DNA of 41,003 bases from a virus (Duplodnaviria > Heunggongvirae > Uroviricota > Caudoviricetes). Below the pieces are notes generated by a model. The model had not been told where the DNA came from. It was given only the letters and a program-made list of their open reading frames with translations, and made no database searches. Numbering within the stretch: the first letter of the stretch is position 1; every line of letters starts with the position of its first letter. Shown here piece after piece: positions 16,747 to 25,096 of the stretch. The DNA is taken from IMG/VR virus record IMGVR_UViG_3300045988_002471, positions 1 through 41,003 of that record, one strand, 5' to 3'. The position numbers and the translations under genes were made by a program.

Positions 16747-16938
16747 ATGTCCAGTTTACCAGTTTCCTTAATTCTGTTTGCACTGCTCGCTTATTTCGCG
16801 CCTTTCCTGGTTGCGTACTTCCGTAACCATAAAGCGAAGTTAGCGATATTCATGGCTAATCTGTTTCTTGGTTGGGTTCTGCTGCCGTGGGTATTTATTT
16901 TAATCTGGGCTTGCAACTCGAATGTCAAAGAGAAGTGA
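16747..16938 (+). CDS. Small two-TM membrane protein, superinfection-immunity (Imm)-like
   Basis: MSSLPVSLILFALLAYFAPFLVAYF...NLFLGWVLLPWVFILIWACN; start at ATG 16747 after RBS AAGGGG; Imm assignment is from memory of the family motif. Confidence 0.45.
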   Translation: MSSLPVSLILFALLAYFAPFLVAYFRNHKAKLAIFMANLFLGWVLLPWVFILIWACNSNVKEK

Positions 16939-16976
16939 GCTAGTATAGGACAAATCCTAAACACGAGGAAATAGGC

Positions 16977-18107
16977 ATGGCCCAGAAGAAAATAACCGAC
17001 GAACAGTTACAGGAAGAATTGAACGCTGGGATGAAGAATATCGACATTGCTCGTAAATACGGCATCTCAGACCGCGTAATTCGTATCCGTAAAGCGAAGC
17101 TGGCTAAGAAAGGCGTAGGTCACGGGCGCGACGTTAGTCACCTTGTGCCGGACGGCTACAAGATTAAAGGAACGTCGTCACTGGTGGACGAGTTCGGCAA
17201 CACTAAGTTGCAATGGGTTAAAACCGACACTGACGCCGAACGTCAGGTTGAGTTGATGAAGGCCGTAATCGAGGGCATGAAGTCGGAGATTACCCCCGTT
17301 GCTCCTGTTAAAGCCGTTCGCGCCAAACGAGACGACAAGCTACTCAACCTTTACACTGTGTCTGATTTCCATCTCGGTATGCTGGCCTGGGCTGACGAGA
17401 GCGGCGACGACTGGGACATGAAGATTGCGGAAGACCTGTTCTCCCGCTGGTTCGACGCAGCGTTCCAGAAAGCACCGGATGCAGGAACAGGAGTTATTAA
17501 TCTGCTGGGCGACCTTGCGCATTTTGATAGTCTGGACGCCGTTACACCTGCCAGTGGTCATGTTCTTGACGCTGACACCCGCTATCAGAAACTTGTACGC
17601 TACATGATTCGTATGGTCCGCCGTGTCATTGATATGGCTCTCGTTAAACATAAAAATGTTCGCTTGCTTATCGTGCAAGGTAACCACGACGAAAGCGGAA
17701 TGATTTGGTTGGCTGAGATGTTCAGTACGCTATACGACAACGAGCCGCGTGTGTTCGTCGATACGTCGCCGGATGTTTACAAGATGGTGCAACACGGCAA
17801 AACTACGCTGTTCTTTCACCACGGCCATAAAGCACGATTCGATGCTATCGAACCAGTTATGATCGCCAAGTTCCGCAAAGCGTTCGGCGAGAGTGTTTAC
17901 AGCTACGCCCATATAGGACACCTGCACCATCAGAAGATTGTAGAAAGCCGTAACATGATTGTTGAACAACACCGCACCCTGGCGGCTAAAGACGCCTACG
18001 CCTCGCGCGGCGGATGGATGTCGGGCCGCAGTGCAAACGTAATTACTTATAGTGCCGAATATGGCGAGGTCGCACGTTTAACTATTTCACCGGAGATGCT
18101 TGGATGA
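16977..18107 (+). CDS. Calcineurin-like metallophosphoesterase with N-terminal HTH-like domain
   Basis: Phosphoesterase motifs DFHLG, GDLAHFD, GNHDE, HHGH, GHLHH; N-terminal about 60 aa resemble a small HTH. Confidence 0.7.
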   Translation: MAQKKITDEQLQEELNAGMKNIDIARKYGISDRVIRIRKAKLAKKGVGHGRDVSHLVPDGYKIKGTSSLVDEFGNTKLQWVKTDTDAERQVELMKAVIEGMKSEITPVAPVKAVRAKRDDKLLNLYTVSDFHLGMLAWADESGDDWDMKIAEDLFSRWFDAAFQKAPDAGTGVINLLGDLAHFDSLDAVTPASGHVLDADTRYQKLVRYMIRMVRRVIDMALVKHKNVRLLIVQGNHDESGMIWLAEMFSTLYDNEPRVFVDTSPDVYKMVQHGKTTLFFHHGHKARFDAIEPVMIAKFRKAFGESVYSYAHIGHLHHQKIVESRNMIVEQHRTLAAKDAYASRGGWMSGRSANVITYSAEYGEVARLTISPEMLG

Positions 18108-18589
18108 AAGATATTGTGATTTTCGATTTAGACGGGACATTGGCAGATGGTACTCATCGTTTACACCTGCTGCCGAAAGATAACTACGGCGAAACCTGGG
18201 CGTGGAAACCATTTAACATGGCGTGCAAAGACGATGCACCCATTAAAGATAACATCGAACTGTGTAACGCCATTAATCGTCGCTATGCCGTTATTATCTT
18301 AACAGGCCGTAGTGATGACGCGGAAAAAGAAACCAGAATGTGGTTGCAGCGCCACCGCGTCGAATTTTATCAGTTAATCATGCGCAGCAAACACGACAAC
18401 AGAAAAGACATCGTAATTAAAGAAGAGGTGTTGCGTGCTATTGGGCCGGAGAGAATCTTGTGTGCATTCGACGACTCTCCAGCGGTAATAAAGCATTTCC
18501 GCGAACTCGGCATAACCACTCACGCAGTTACTGAATACGACTGTAACGGGAACTCTACACACTTAAAACCACATGGGAGTGATAAATAA
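18104..18589 (+). CDS. HAD-family phosphatase, T4 polynucleotide kinase 3'-phosphatase-domain-like
   Basis: VIFDLDGTLA (DxDGT), IILTGRS, K, AFDDSP motifs; resemblance to T4 Pnk phosphatase domain recalled from memory. Confidence 0.65.
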   Translation: MKDIVIFDLDGTLADGTHRLHLLPKDNYGETWAWKPFNMACKDDAPIKDNIELCNAINRRYAVIILTGRSDDAEKETRMWLQRHRVEFYQLIMRSKHDNRKDIVIKEEVLRAIGPERILCAFDDSPAVIKHFRELGITTHAVTEYDCNGNSTHLKPHGSDK

Positions 18590-19143
18590 TGGCTAAGGTA
18601 ATTATTCTTAATGGTCCTGCGGGCTGCGGGAAAGACACACTTGCTAGGGCGCTGGTAGAAATGGGCTTTGCGAAGGGTGTCGCCAGTTTCAAGAATCCGA
18701 TGTTCAATATTGCTATGGCTGCGTTAGGCCAGGATGCTTACCGCGAGTTTCTCGACGGCTACGACGACCGGGCGCGGAAAGAAAAGCCAGAGGGTTTCCT
18801 TAACGGGTTGTCTCGGCGTCAGTTCATGATTGCCATTTCCGAGCAATTCATTAAACCGGTATTCGGTGATGATTATTTCGGCAAGTATCTTGCCGGAAAC
18901 TTGCCCGACGGCAACGAAGTTTTTGTAGTGTCCGACGGTGGATTCGCCAGCGAAGTAGCCCCTATCGTTGCCGCGGGGCATGATGTGAGAATCGTCCGCT
19001 TGCACAGAGACGGCCATACGTTTGAAGGGGACAGCCGCGGTTACCTGTACGATATTGATGGTGTAAAAGATTACGACACCTACATCATACCGGGTGACGT
19101 TAAATCGAACGTTATAGACATTGCTTTAAAATTAGGTTTGTAA
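18589..19143 (+). CDS. P-loop kinase (dNMP-kinase-like or polynucleotide-kinase-like)
   Basis: Walker A GPAGCGKDT; about 184 aa; start overlaps upstream stop. Confidence 0.6.
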   Translation: MAKVIILNGPAGCGKDTLARALVEMGFAKGVASFKNPMFNIAMAALGQDAYREFLDGYDDRARKEKPEGFLNGLSRRQFMIAISEQFIKPVFGDDYFGKYLAGNLPDGNEVFVVSDGGFASEVAPIVAAGHDVRIVRLHRDGHTFEGDSRGYLYDIDGVKDYDTYIIPGDVKSNVIDIALKLGL

Positions 19144-19180
19144 GAAAAAAAAAAAGGCCCCGAAAGGGGCCTTAGTTTTA
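19144..19180. terminator. Bidirectional rho-independent terminator (A-run, AAGGCCCC-gaaa-GGGGCCTT, T-run)
   Basis: Perfect stem flanked by A12 and T-run between convergent genes. Confidence 0.75.
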
Positions 19181-20350
19181 TGCGTAGGTGATACGTTGAA
19201 TTACGATAGACGACTGGTACTGATTGCCGGTAGCCTGGCCTTCAATGGACTGAGTGATTGACTCAGGCCCACCAATCTCAGGTGTAACCGCCGTAAGCTC
19301 TGCACGTTTCAAACTGAAAGACATAGCCCCGTTTACCCCTGCCAGAATAGAGTTAATCTCTACCTGCTGCTCGTTGATAAACTTCTGAATCATCGCCATG
19401 TCGTACAGCTTGCCAGAGATAGAGAATGTGTTAGCTGCGCGTCCACGTTCGACGAACGCCACGCTACTGTTACCGAGTTCGAACTGCGCGGAAGCTCCGT
19501 TGTCGTTGGTGATGGTGAGAGTATCGCAACGCAACGGCGTGGAGCCATCGAACACCGACACATCTACCGACGAGAACGGCTCATCGGTGAACGTAACCTG
19601 AGAGAAATCAGAGCCAGACGGCGACGCGGTAAGAATCTCCTGACTCAGGCCGATGAACGGGAAGCTGCCGGTGACCATGGCGTTAACCGCCTGCTCTACG
19701 GTAAAGCCAGAGATTTCCACACCTTTGGTCAGCATGTACGCGTCCGGGGTACCACACTGGCCCTTGAACCACGTCAGGATGGAGAACGTCTTACACGCGT
19801 TACCGGTTTCCAGCTTGTCGCCAGTTTTTGCGTCAGTGGTTACTGTCTCTGCTGTCAGCGTGTGCTGAATACCTGCGCCCGTAACTACCAGAGCGGAAAC
19901 CGCGGTCACGATAAACGGTTTTGCGTTGTCGCCGGTTAAGTCGGTGAACGCAATCAGGTCGCCAACTTCAACGCCGTCGGTAATAAAGCTGCCATCGGCA
20001 CGGGTGAACGTCTTGCCTGCGGGTGCAACGGTAATCGATAACCCTGACAGAGAAACCCCGGACTGCCACGTAGAGCCTAAAGCGCCCGCCAGCCAGTCGT
20101 CCTGGCTTTTCGAGCTAAGCTCAATTGCGTACTCCCCGCTAACCTGTTTGTTGCCGGTGCGGATGGAGGTAGTTTCACGGCTGCCGTCCAGTTCGTTGGA
20201 TGTCAGTGTGTCGCGGGTAATGGCAGGAACGCCACCCGTGTTACGCAACGGCGACCATACCGGGTTAGTCGGTGTTACACCCGGGGTCGCTTCCGCCACA
20301 TAGAATTGCGCCGTATTCGCGCCCTTAAAAGGAGTTGTAGCCATATTCAC
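19178..20350 (-). CDS. Major tail protein (putative)
   Basis: 390 aa; directly downstream of tail-completion genes; ATGA coupling. Confidence 0.55.
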   Translation of the reverse strand: MNMATTPFKGANTAQFYVAEATPGVTPTNPVWSPLRNTGGVPAITRDTLTSNELDGSRETTSIRTGNKQVSGEYAIELSSKSQDDWLAGALGSTWQSGVSLSGLSITVAPAGKTFTRADGSFITDGVEVGDLIAFTDLTGDNAKPFIVTAVSALVVTGAGIQHTLTAETVTTDAKTGDKLETGNACKTFSILTWFKGQCGTPDAYMLTKGVEISGFTVEQAVNAMVTGSFPFIGLSQEILTASPSGSDFSQVTFTDEPFSSVDVSVFDGSTPLRCDTLTITNDNGASAQFELGNSSVAFVERGRAANTFSISGKLYDMAMIQKFINEQQVEINSILAGVNGAMSFSLKRAELTAVTPEIGGPESITQSIEGQATGNQYQSSIVIQRITYA

Positions 20351-20760
20351 AGCCTCTTGGTGAATGCAATAAAGTTAATTGACAATGGTCGTTTGGCCCA
20401 TCCGTTTTCTACAATCAGCGGCCCCAGGCTAACCGATTGAACCTCGGCGCAGATGTCGTTACGTGAAAATGACTTACCTGCTTTAAACGCCGTGTTAAGT
20501 AAGTCTGCCATTTTATTGATCGGCGCGCTACCTTTCACCGATGCGTAGTTAATGTTGACCTGATAGATGCCCGCGCGTTGTTCCGTGAAGAACAAATCTG
20601 CTTGCTCCGTATCCGCCAGCAACATGTAACTTGCCAGATACGGCGTATCGGTTGACGTCGGCGCGTCGATGTTTTCAAGCGCGACCTTAATGCCGTTGGT
20701 GGTTCCGAAGGCTACCAGCGGCACATCGAACGCTTTCGTTAAGTCCTCAAAGTAGCCCAT
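20347..20760 (-). CDS. Tail terminator / tail completion protein (putative)
   Basis: 137 aa; position just upstream of the major tail gene. Confidence 0.45.
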   Translation of the reverse strand: MGYFEDLTKAFDVPLVAFGTTNGIKVALENIDAPTSTDTPYLASYMLLADTEQADLFFTEQRAGIYQVNINYASVKGSAPINKMADLLNTAFKAGKSFSRNDICAEVQSVSLGPLIVENGWAKRPLSINFIAFTKRL

Positions 20761-21155
20761 TATTTCACCTTGTTGGCTTCTTCGTTAATGAGTTGCTGGA
20801 AACGCGATATATTAGTTCTTACCATACCTTGTGGTGCCTGTCGCGACCAGCCATACTCCAGCCGTTGTGCATACGGCAGATTATTTGTCAGCGTGAACTC
20901 GCGCCAGTCTGTAGCTTTAAGCACGAAACTTGTAGCGTTTCCGGTTGCCGTGTTTCCTGATTTATCCGTAGCGTCTGTAATTCCGGAAGCGGGAGTGCCG
21001 CCAGACGCCATCCAGTTCATACGAAAGCGACCTGTATCTACCGGACTTGCCTTTATGATAGCGGAAAACAGTTTGATAGACACCTGACGCATCACCTTCT
21101 CGGGGTTCTTCTTCGCCTTTTCCACGAACTTAGAGACATCAAGCGCGAAACTCAT
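20760..21155 (-). CDS. Head-tail joining protein, HK97 gp10-like (putative)
   Basis: 131 aa with PVDTGRFRMNW motif recalled for this family. Confidence 0.45.
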   Translation of the reverse strand: MSFALDVSKFVEKAKKNPEKVMRQVSIKLFSAIIKASPVDTGRFRMNWMASGGTPASGITDATDKSGNTATGNATSFVLKATDWREFTLTNNLPYAQRLEYGWSRQAPQGMVRTNISRFQQLINEEANKVK

Positions 21156-21511
21156 TTTCTCACCTGAATAAAATACGCCACGACATCATCGTTAACCATC
21201 TTCTTCTCGATAGCTACGACAGACCATTGCTCGCCGCCGAATTGTACCTTGTCTTCCATTTTTGGCACGACACTGCAATCCGCTTTAACAACCATGTCGC
21301 CAGCCTGAATCGTCGTACCATTAACCAGTCCCACGTTAACCGGAACCGGAACGGCCTTCAACGGCAGCACTTCATCGTCAGGCCATACGTACTCACCGAG
21401 AACTTCATCCCACACTTTCGATCCAGCACGAACCAGAGATACCGTGCTCCCGAATTTGGTTAGCAGTCGTGTACCAACGCCTTGCATACGTTTACTGAAA
21501 GCAGTGCTCAT
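21152..21511 (-). CDS. Head-tail adaptor/connector protein (putative)
   Basis: Start set to MSTAFSK (ATG 21511, ATGA overlap with upstream stop). Confidence 0.45.
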   Translation of the reverse strand: MSTAFSKRMQGVGTRLLTKFGSTVSLVRAGSKVWDEVLGEYVWPDDEVLPLKAVPVPVNVGLVNGTTIQAGDMVVKADCSVVPKMEDKVQFGGEQWSVVAIEKKMVNDDVVAYFIQVRK

Positions 21512-22125
21512 CTGGCGGCCTCCAGTCTCGAAATAACCAGTAGCGCGGACGGTGCTGTGCCCCATGCGGTTACGGTAGCGACTTGTGGGTACACGCCGCC
21601 GAAGTTAGTTCCGGCGCTATCCCGCATAATCTGTATAGCCAGCGTCTGACCGGCAGCAGGGTTAACAACTACACGCGATTCGATCGGGATTGTTACGTCG
21701 GCGCTTACCAGTTTAGTTGCTGCGGGAGAACCGTACTGAGCACCATTAAGAAGAATGCGCGATAACAGGATTGACGTTCCGCTAGCGCCCGTGCGCCCGG
21801 CCTGTAACTTGATGCGAACGGCATAGTTTACGGGGGTGTTGAACGTAACCAGCCCCGCAGCATTAATCATTACCGGGTCGGATGCGCTACCCTGAGCAGA
21901 GCCGAAAGTTAACTGCAACGCCGTGTCTACTGCGGTAGGCGCTTGAGCTACAGTAACCGCAGCACGGAGAACTTCAACTTCTTTAACGCCTGGAGTGGCG
22001 TAAATAGGAGAGTCCGCCATCTGTGTCATTACTTCGCGTAACTTCGCGGGGGTGATAAGCCCGGTGGTGTTGTCGGGAAGATTCGCACCGATAAGGGTGA
22101 ACATCTCTGTTTTAGTTTTCACCAT
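21508..22125 (-). CDS. Virion structural protein (hypothetical, 205 aa)
   Basis: Track ORF within the structural block. Confidence 0.45.
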   Translation of the reverse strand: MVKTKTEMFTLIGANLPDNTTGLITPAKLREVMTQMADSPIYATPGVKEVEVLRAAVTVAQAPTAVDTALQLTFGSAQGSASDPVMINAAGLVTFNTPVNYAVRIKLQAGRTGASGTSILLSRILLNGAQYGSPAATKLVSADVTIPIESRVVVNPAAGQTLAIQIMRDSAGTNFGGVYPQVATVTAWGTAPSALLVISRLEAAR

Positions 22126-22127
22126 TT

Positions 22128-22640
22128 TTAACCCCGGTACACGTTAAACGAGAAGCCATTGTTAAGACCGCCGCACAGTAACGGGCGTAATGCGTCGTCA
22201 GCAGCGGTAATCGCGGTTGTAGCTCCACTGCTGCCGTTGTTGAAGTAGGTTACAGTCACCGCACCCTCGACACGCTCAGTCTGCACGGAACGACCGTCTG
22301 AGTTGGCCCGCACCTCAGTACCCGCACCATATGTAGCGGCAGCGATTACCTGCGCAAGAATCACCTGCTTCGGAATGGTATTGTTAGCTACCGAGAAGCC
22401 ATTCAACGTTACCCCAGTGCGGGGGTACGCCAGCGACTGTTCAGCGGATACACGGCTACCGCACATCTGAGGTTCTGCAAGCCCAACATAAGTAGCACCG
22501 TTGCGCAGGGCCACCTCTGCGGCGGTATCGTCTGCTGGTAACCCAAGACCGTAATTAGCCGCTAACGCGCGGGCGTCGGCCAGACTAACGTAACTGTCGG
22601 CATCAGGTACTATCGACCCATCTTCCACGATTAGCGGCAT
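22128..22640 (-). CDS. Virion structural protein (hypothetical, 170 aa)
   Basis: Track ORF within the structural block. Confidence 0.45.
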   Translation of the reverse strand: MPLIVEDGSIVPDADSYVSLADARALAANYGLGLPADDTAAEVALRNGATYVGLAEPQMCGSRVSAEQSLAYPRTGVTLNGFSVANNTIPKQVILAQVIAAATYGAGTEVRANSDGRSVQTERVEGAVTVTYFNNGSSGATTAITAADDALRPLLCGGLNNGFSFNVYRG

Positions 22641-22643
22641 AAA

Positions 22644-22811
22644 TTATTCCTCTGATTTAGCCCGACGCTGGCGGCGCGGTGTCTCTTCTTTAGCCGATTC
22701 TACCACGGTGCCTTCTGGTGCGAAACGAGCATCTACCACACGGAACCCCTGGCGGTTATACTCGCGCTTCTGCTCGATGGTAATCGGCATTGGTACATAT
22801 TTAATTTCCAC
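22644..22811 (-). CDS. Small basic protein (55 aa, GTG start)
   Basis: Own translation VEIKYVPMPITIEQKREYNRQGFRVVDARF...; RBS AGGAG 9 nt upstream. Confidence 0.3.
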   Translation of the reverse strand: MEIKYVPMPITIEQKREYNRQGFRVVDARFAPEGTVVESAKEETPRRQRRAKSEE

Positions 22812-22828
22812 TTTAATTTCTCCTAGTA

Positions 22829-22858
22829 AAAAGGGGCCGTAGCCCCTTTGTTTTTACC
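22829..22858 (-). terminator. Terminator-like hairpin after the capsid gene (AGGGGC-tacg-GCCCCT + T-run on minus strand)
   Basis: GC stem plus TTTTTAC just 3' of the capsid stop. Confidence 0.5.
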
Positions 22859-22868
22859 ACTAACTGTA

Positions 22869-23837
22869 TCACTTGTCCGCGTCGGCGATTGCCAGAGTAC
22901 CGAGGGTGTGTTTGTTCTCGGCAACAGCTTTGCCCCAGTTGGCCTCGGTGAACAGTTCTTCGTCCAGCGGAGATTTACCGCCGTTGGTGACATCCCAGCT
23001 ATAGCCTTTCAGTTTCAGGCCGAAGCTGTAATCCGCCTGCCAGGTGGTCTGGATGCGGGTGTTACCGTTGCTGGTATCAATGTTGCTGATAATATCAGAA
23101 GCATTATCAACGATGATGCCGTTGGCAACTACGGACAGGACCTTAGTCTTGTTCGGAGTACCGGCCTCGTACAGCGCAGGAATGTCAGAGATTACGTAAC
23201 GCTTGCCGAGAACATCGACAACCATAACGTTACCAGCAACGAACAGCTGGTTTGCGTTAGTCAGCGCTTTATCTACCAGCGTGTGGTAAGCAGCACCGGT
23301 CATGATGTCGGTAATCAGCAGCTGAGACTGGTCGCCGAATTTAGCGTGGCTGTTGTTCAGCACGTTCAGGGACAGACCCACGGTTGTAGATACATCGTTA
23401 ACCAGCGCGGCCTGACCAGATACCGCCGCAACAGCTGCACCAACAGCGGTGTTGAGCTGGTCTGCTAACAGTGCATCGGAGAAGCCTTCGGAAATAGCAC
23501 GAATCGCGCTTGCTGGGTCTTCGTTAAGCCAGGTCATTTGCGCAGGCTCGAACAGTACCGGTCCGAAGCCGCCAGCGACTTTAACGCCCACATGCTCGCC
23601 CTGAGTCAGCGCGGTAGCTGCCTGAGACTCGATAGTGGCGTAACGGTCAACGCGGCGTTTAGCGGAGGCAATCTGGTTAAAGAAAGACTCACGGGAGAAG
23701 TCACCGCGCCATGAAGCGGTAGACAGTACAATTGCGCCGCCGGAGGCTGCGTTAAACTGGTCAGTTTTCTGACCAAGCAGTTCGATAGTGGTACCGACGA
23801 TATCGTCGTTATAAACCTTCATATCTGACAGAGACAT
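22869..23837 (-). CDS. Major capsid protein
   Basis: 322 aa; follows scaffold; terminator downstream. Confidence 0.75.
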   Translation of the reverse strand: MSLSDMKVYNDDIVGTTIELLGQKTDQFNAASGGAIVLSTASWRGDFSRESFFNQIASAKRRVDRYATIESQAATALTQGEHVGVKVAGGFGPVLFEPAQMTWLNEDPASAIRAISEGFSDALLADQLNTAVGAAVAAVSGQAALVNDVSTTVGLSLNVLNNSHAKFGDQSQLLITDIMTGAAYHTLVDKALTNANQLFVAGNVMVVDVLGKRYVISDIPALYEAGTPNKTKVLSVVANGIIVDNASDIISNIDTSNGNTRIQTTWQADYSFGLKLKGYSWDVTNGGKSPLDEELFTEANWGKAVAENKHTLGTLAIADADK

Positions 23838-23843
23838 ATTCTG

Positions 23844-24470
23844 TTATCCTCGTTTGCCGTATTTGGCGTTAAGTTTTTGCTGAATTACGTCAGTACCACC
23901 GGCCCCGCCAGTAGAATTTTTGTTACCGGAAGCCCCGCCGCCGGTTGCTGCATCTGCTTTAATCAGATGCGAAAATGCTTTGTGCTCACGCAGATACTTT
24001 TTAAATTGCTCTGCGTCGGTGGTGATGACATTACCGTCTGCACCAGTGAACTTGGTAACAACGTCATCGCCGTCGAACTCGGTCTTGACCATCATAGCGA
24101 TGATATCCGCTGCGCTCTCATCAATCAACATGCCAGACAACTGGCTGATAACTGATTTACGTTCCGCGCCGAGGATACGCTCAGCCATTTTGCTAATCTT
24201 ACCGTCTTTCTCGGCGAGTACTGGCTCATACTGACTGCGCAACGTTTTCTCGAATGCCTCAAGTTCGCCGTTCTGTTTTGCGCGTTCCTGTTCGGCTTTC
24301 AGCTTCGCATCTGCGGCTTCTTTAGCGGCAGCGGCAGCAGCTTTCTTTTCAGACAAGAGTTTCTCGTTGTTAGCTTTAAGACCTGATACCAGCGCGTCAA
24401 CTTCTTCTTTGGTAAACGTGGTCTTAGTCTCTTGTTGTTCGATAGTTTCGTCTTTCACTTCTTCGCTCAT
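23844..24470 (-). CDS. Scaffolding protein
   Basis: Acidic, Ala/Lys/Glu-rich coiled-coil upstream of capsid; start set to MSEEVK (ATG 24470) after RBS. Confidence 0.55.
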   Translation of the reverse strand: MSEEVKDETIEQQETKTTFTKEEVDALVSGLKANNEKLLSEKKAAAAAAKEAADAKLKAEQERAKQNGELEAFEKTLRSQYEPVLAEKDGKISKMAERILGAERKSVISQLSGMLIDESAADIIAMMVKTEFDGDDVVTKFTGADGNVITTDAEQFKKYLREHKAFSHLIKADAATGGGASGNKNSTGGAGGTDVIQQKLNAKYGKRG

Positions 24471-24549
24471 CAGTATGTCCCCTGGACGTTGGAATCCGGG
24501 CCTCCCGGATTTACATGTCAAGAATAAATTATTCCAACATACAAGGCAA

Positions 24550-24813
24550 CTATTCCAGAATATTCCTCACATAATCCTGCAACATGAACACTTTCAGTCT
24601 CAACTGCCGTACACATTCGGCGTTCTGAACGTCGATAGCTAAATCCTCGTCAGAGTCGCTACTTGGCGCCGCCAGTTTGCACGGCGGCTGCATCATCGTC
24701 GTATCCGGGGATGGAATTGGCGTTTGCGACGGCGCGGGACTTGAGCAGGACGCGAGCATCATCGAAAGTGCACACGCTGCGACCCGGCGTTTTAATGTAC
24801 TTAACGACTTCAC
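24550..24813 (-). CDS. o-spanin (Rz1-like outer-membrane lipoprotein), overlapped with i-spanin
   Basis: Lipobox-like MMLASC then Pro-rich periplasmic region; starts inside i-spanin in a different frame. Confidence 0.55.
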   Translation of the reverse strand: MKSLSTLKRRVAACALSMMLASCSSPAPSQTPIPSPDTTMMQPPCKLAAPSSDSDEDLAIDVQNAECVRQLRLKVFMLQDYVRNILE

Positions 24814-25045
24814 GGGTGATTACCTCTGATTTCGTCTTGCCTTCGTTATCAGCGGCGGCGGCCTTTGATTCATCCTGCTGCTGCCGTTGTGTTTTCTTCG
24901 CTAACTCAGCCTGTGCTTCCTGCTGTTGCTGCGAAACGAGATTCGCCCGGCCTTCGTTCCAGCCGCTGTGATACTGGTAGATGCCGTGGGCATAAGTCAG
25001 GATGATAAAACATGCCCCCGCTACGACAGTTGCTTTAAGATTCAT
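24659..25045 (-). CDS. i-spanin (Rz-like)
   Basis: N-terminal TM helix ATVVAGACFIILTYAHGIY then Gln/Ala-rich coiled coil. Confidence 0.6.
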   Translation of the reverse strand: MNLKATVVAGACFIILTYAHGIYQYHSGWNEGRANLVSQQQQEAQAELAKKTQRQQQDESKAAAADNEGKTKSEVITREVVKYIKTPGRSVCTFDDARVLLKSRAVANANSIPGYDDDAAAVQTGGAK

Positions 25046-25071
25046 GTTTCCCCTTTCTCGATAAGTAAAGC

Positions 25072-25096
25072 CCCGCCTTAAAGCGGGGCGCTAGTC
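25072..25096 (-). terminator. Terminator-like hairpin (GCCCCGC-N6-GCGGGGC + U-rich tail) in the leader just upstream of the spanin RBS
   Basis: 7-bp GC stem then TTTACTTAT on the minus strand. Confidence 0.45.
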
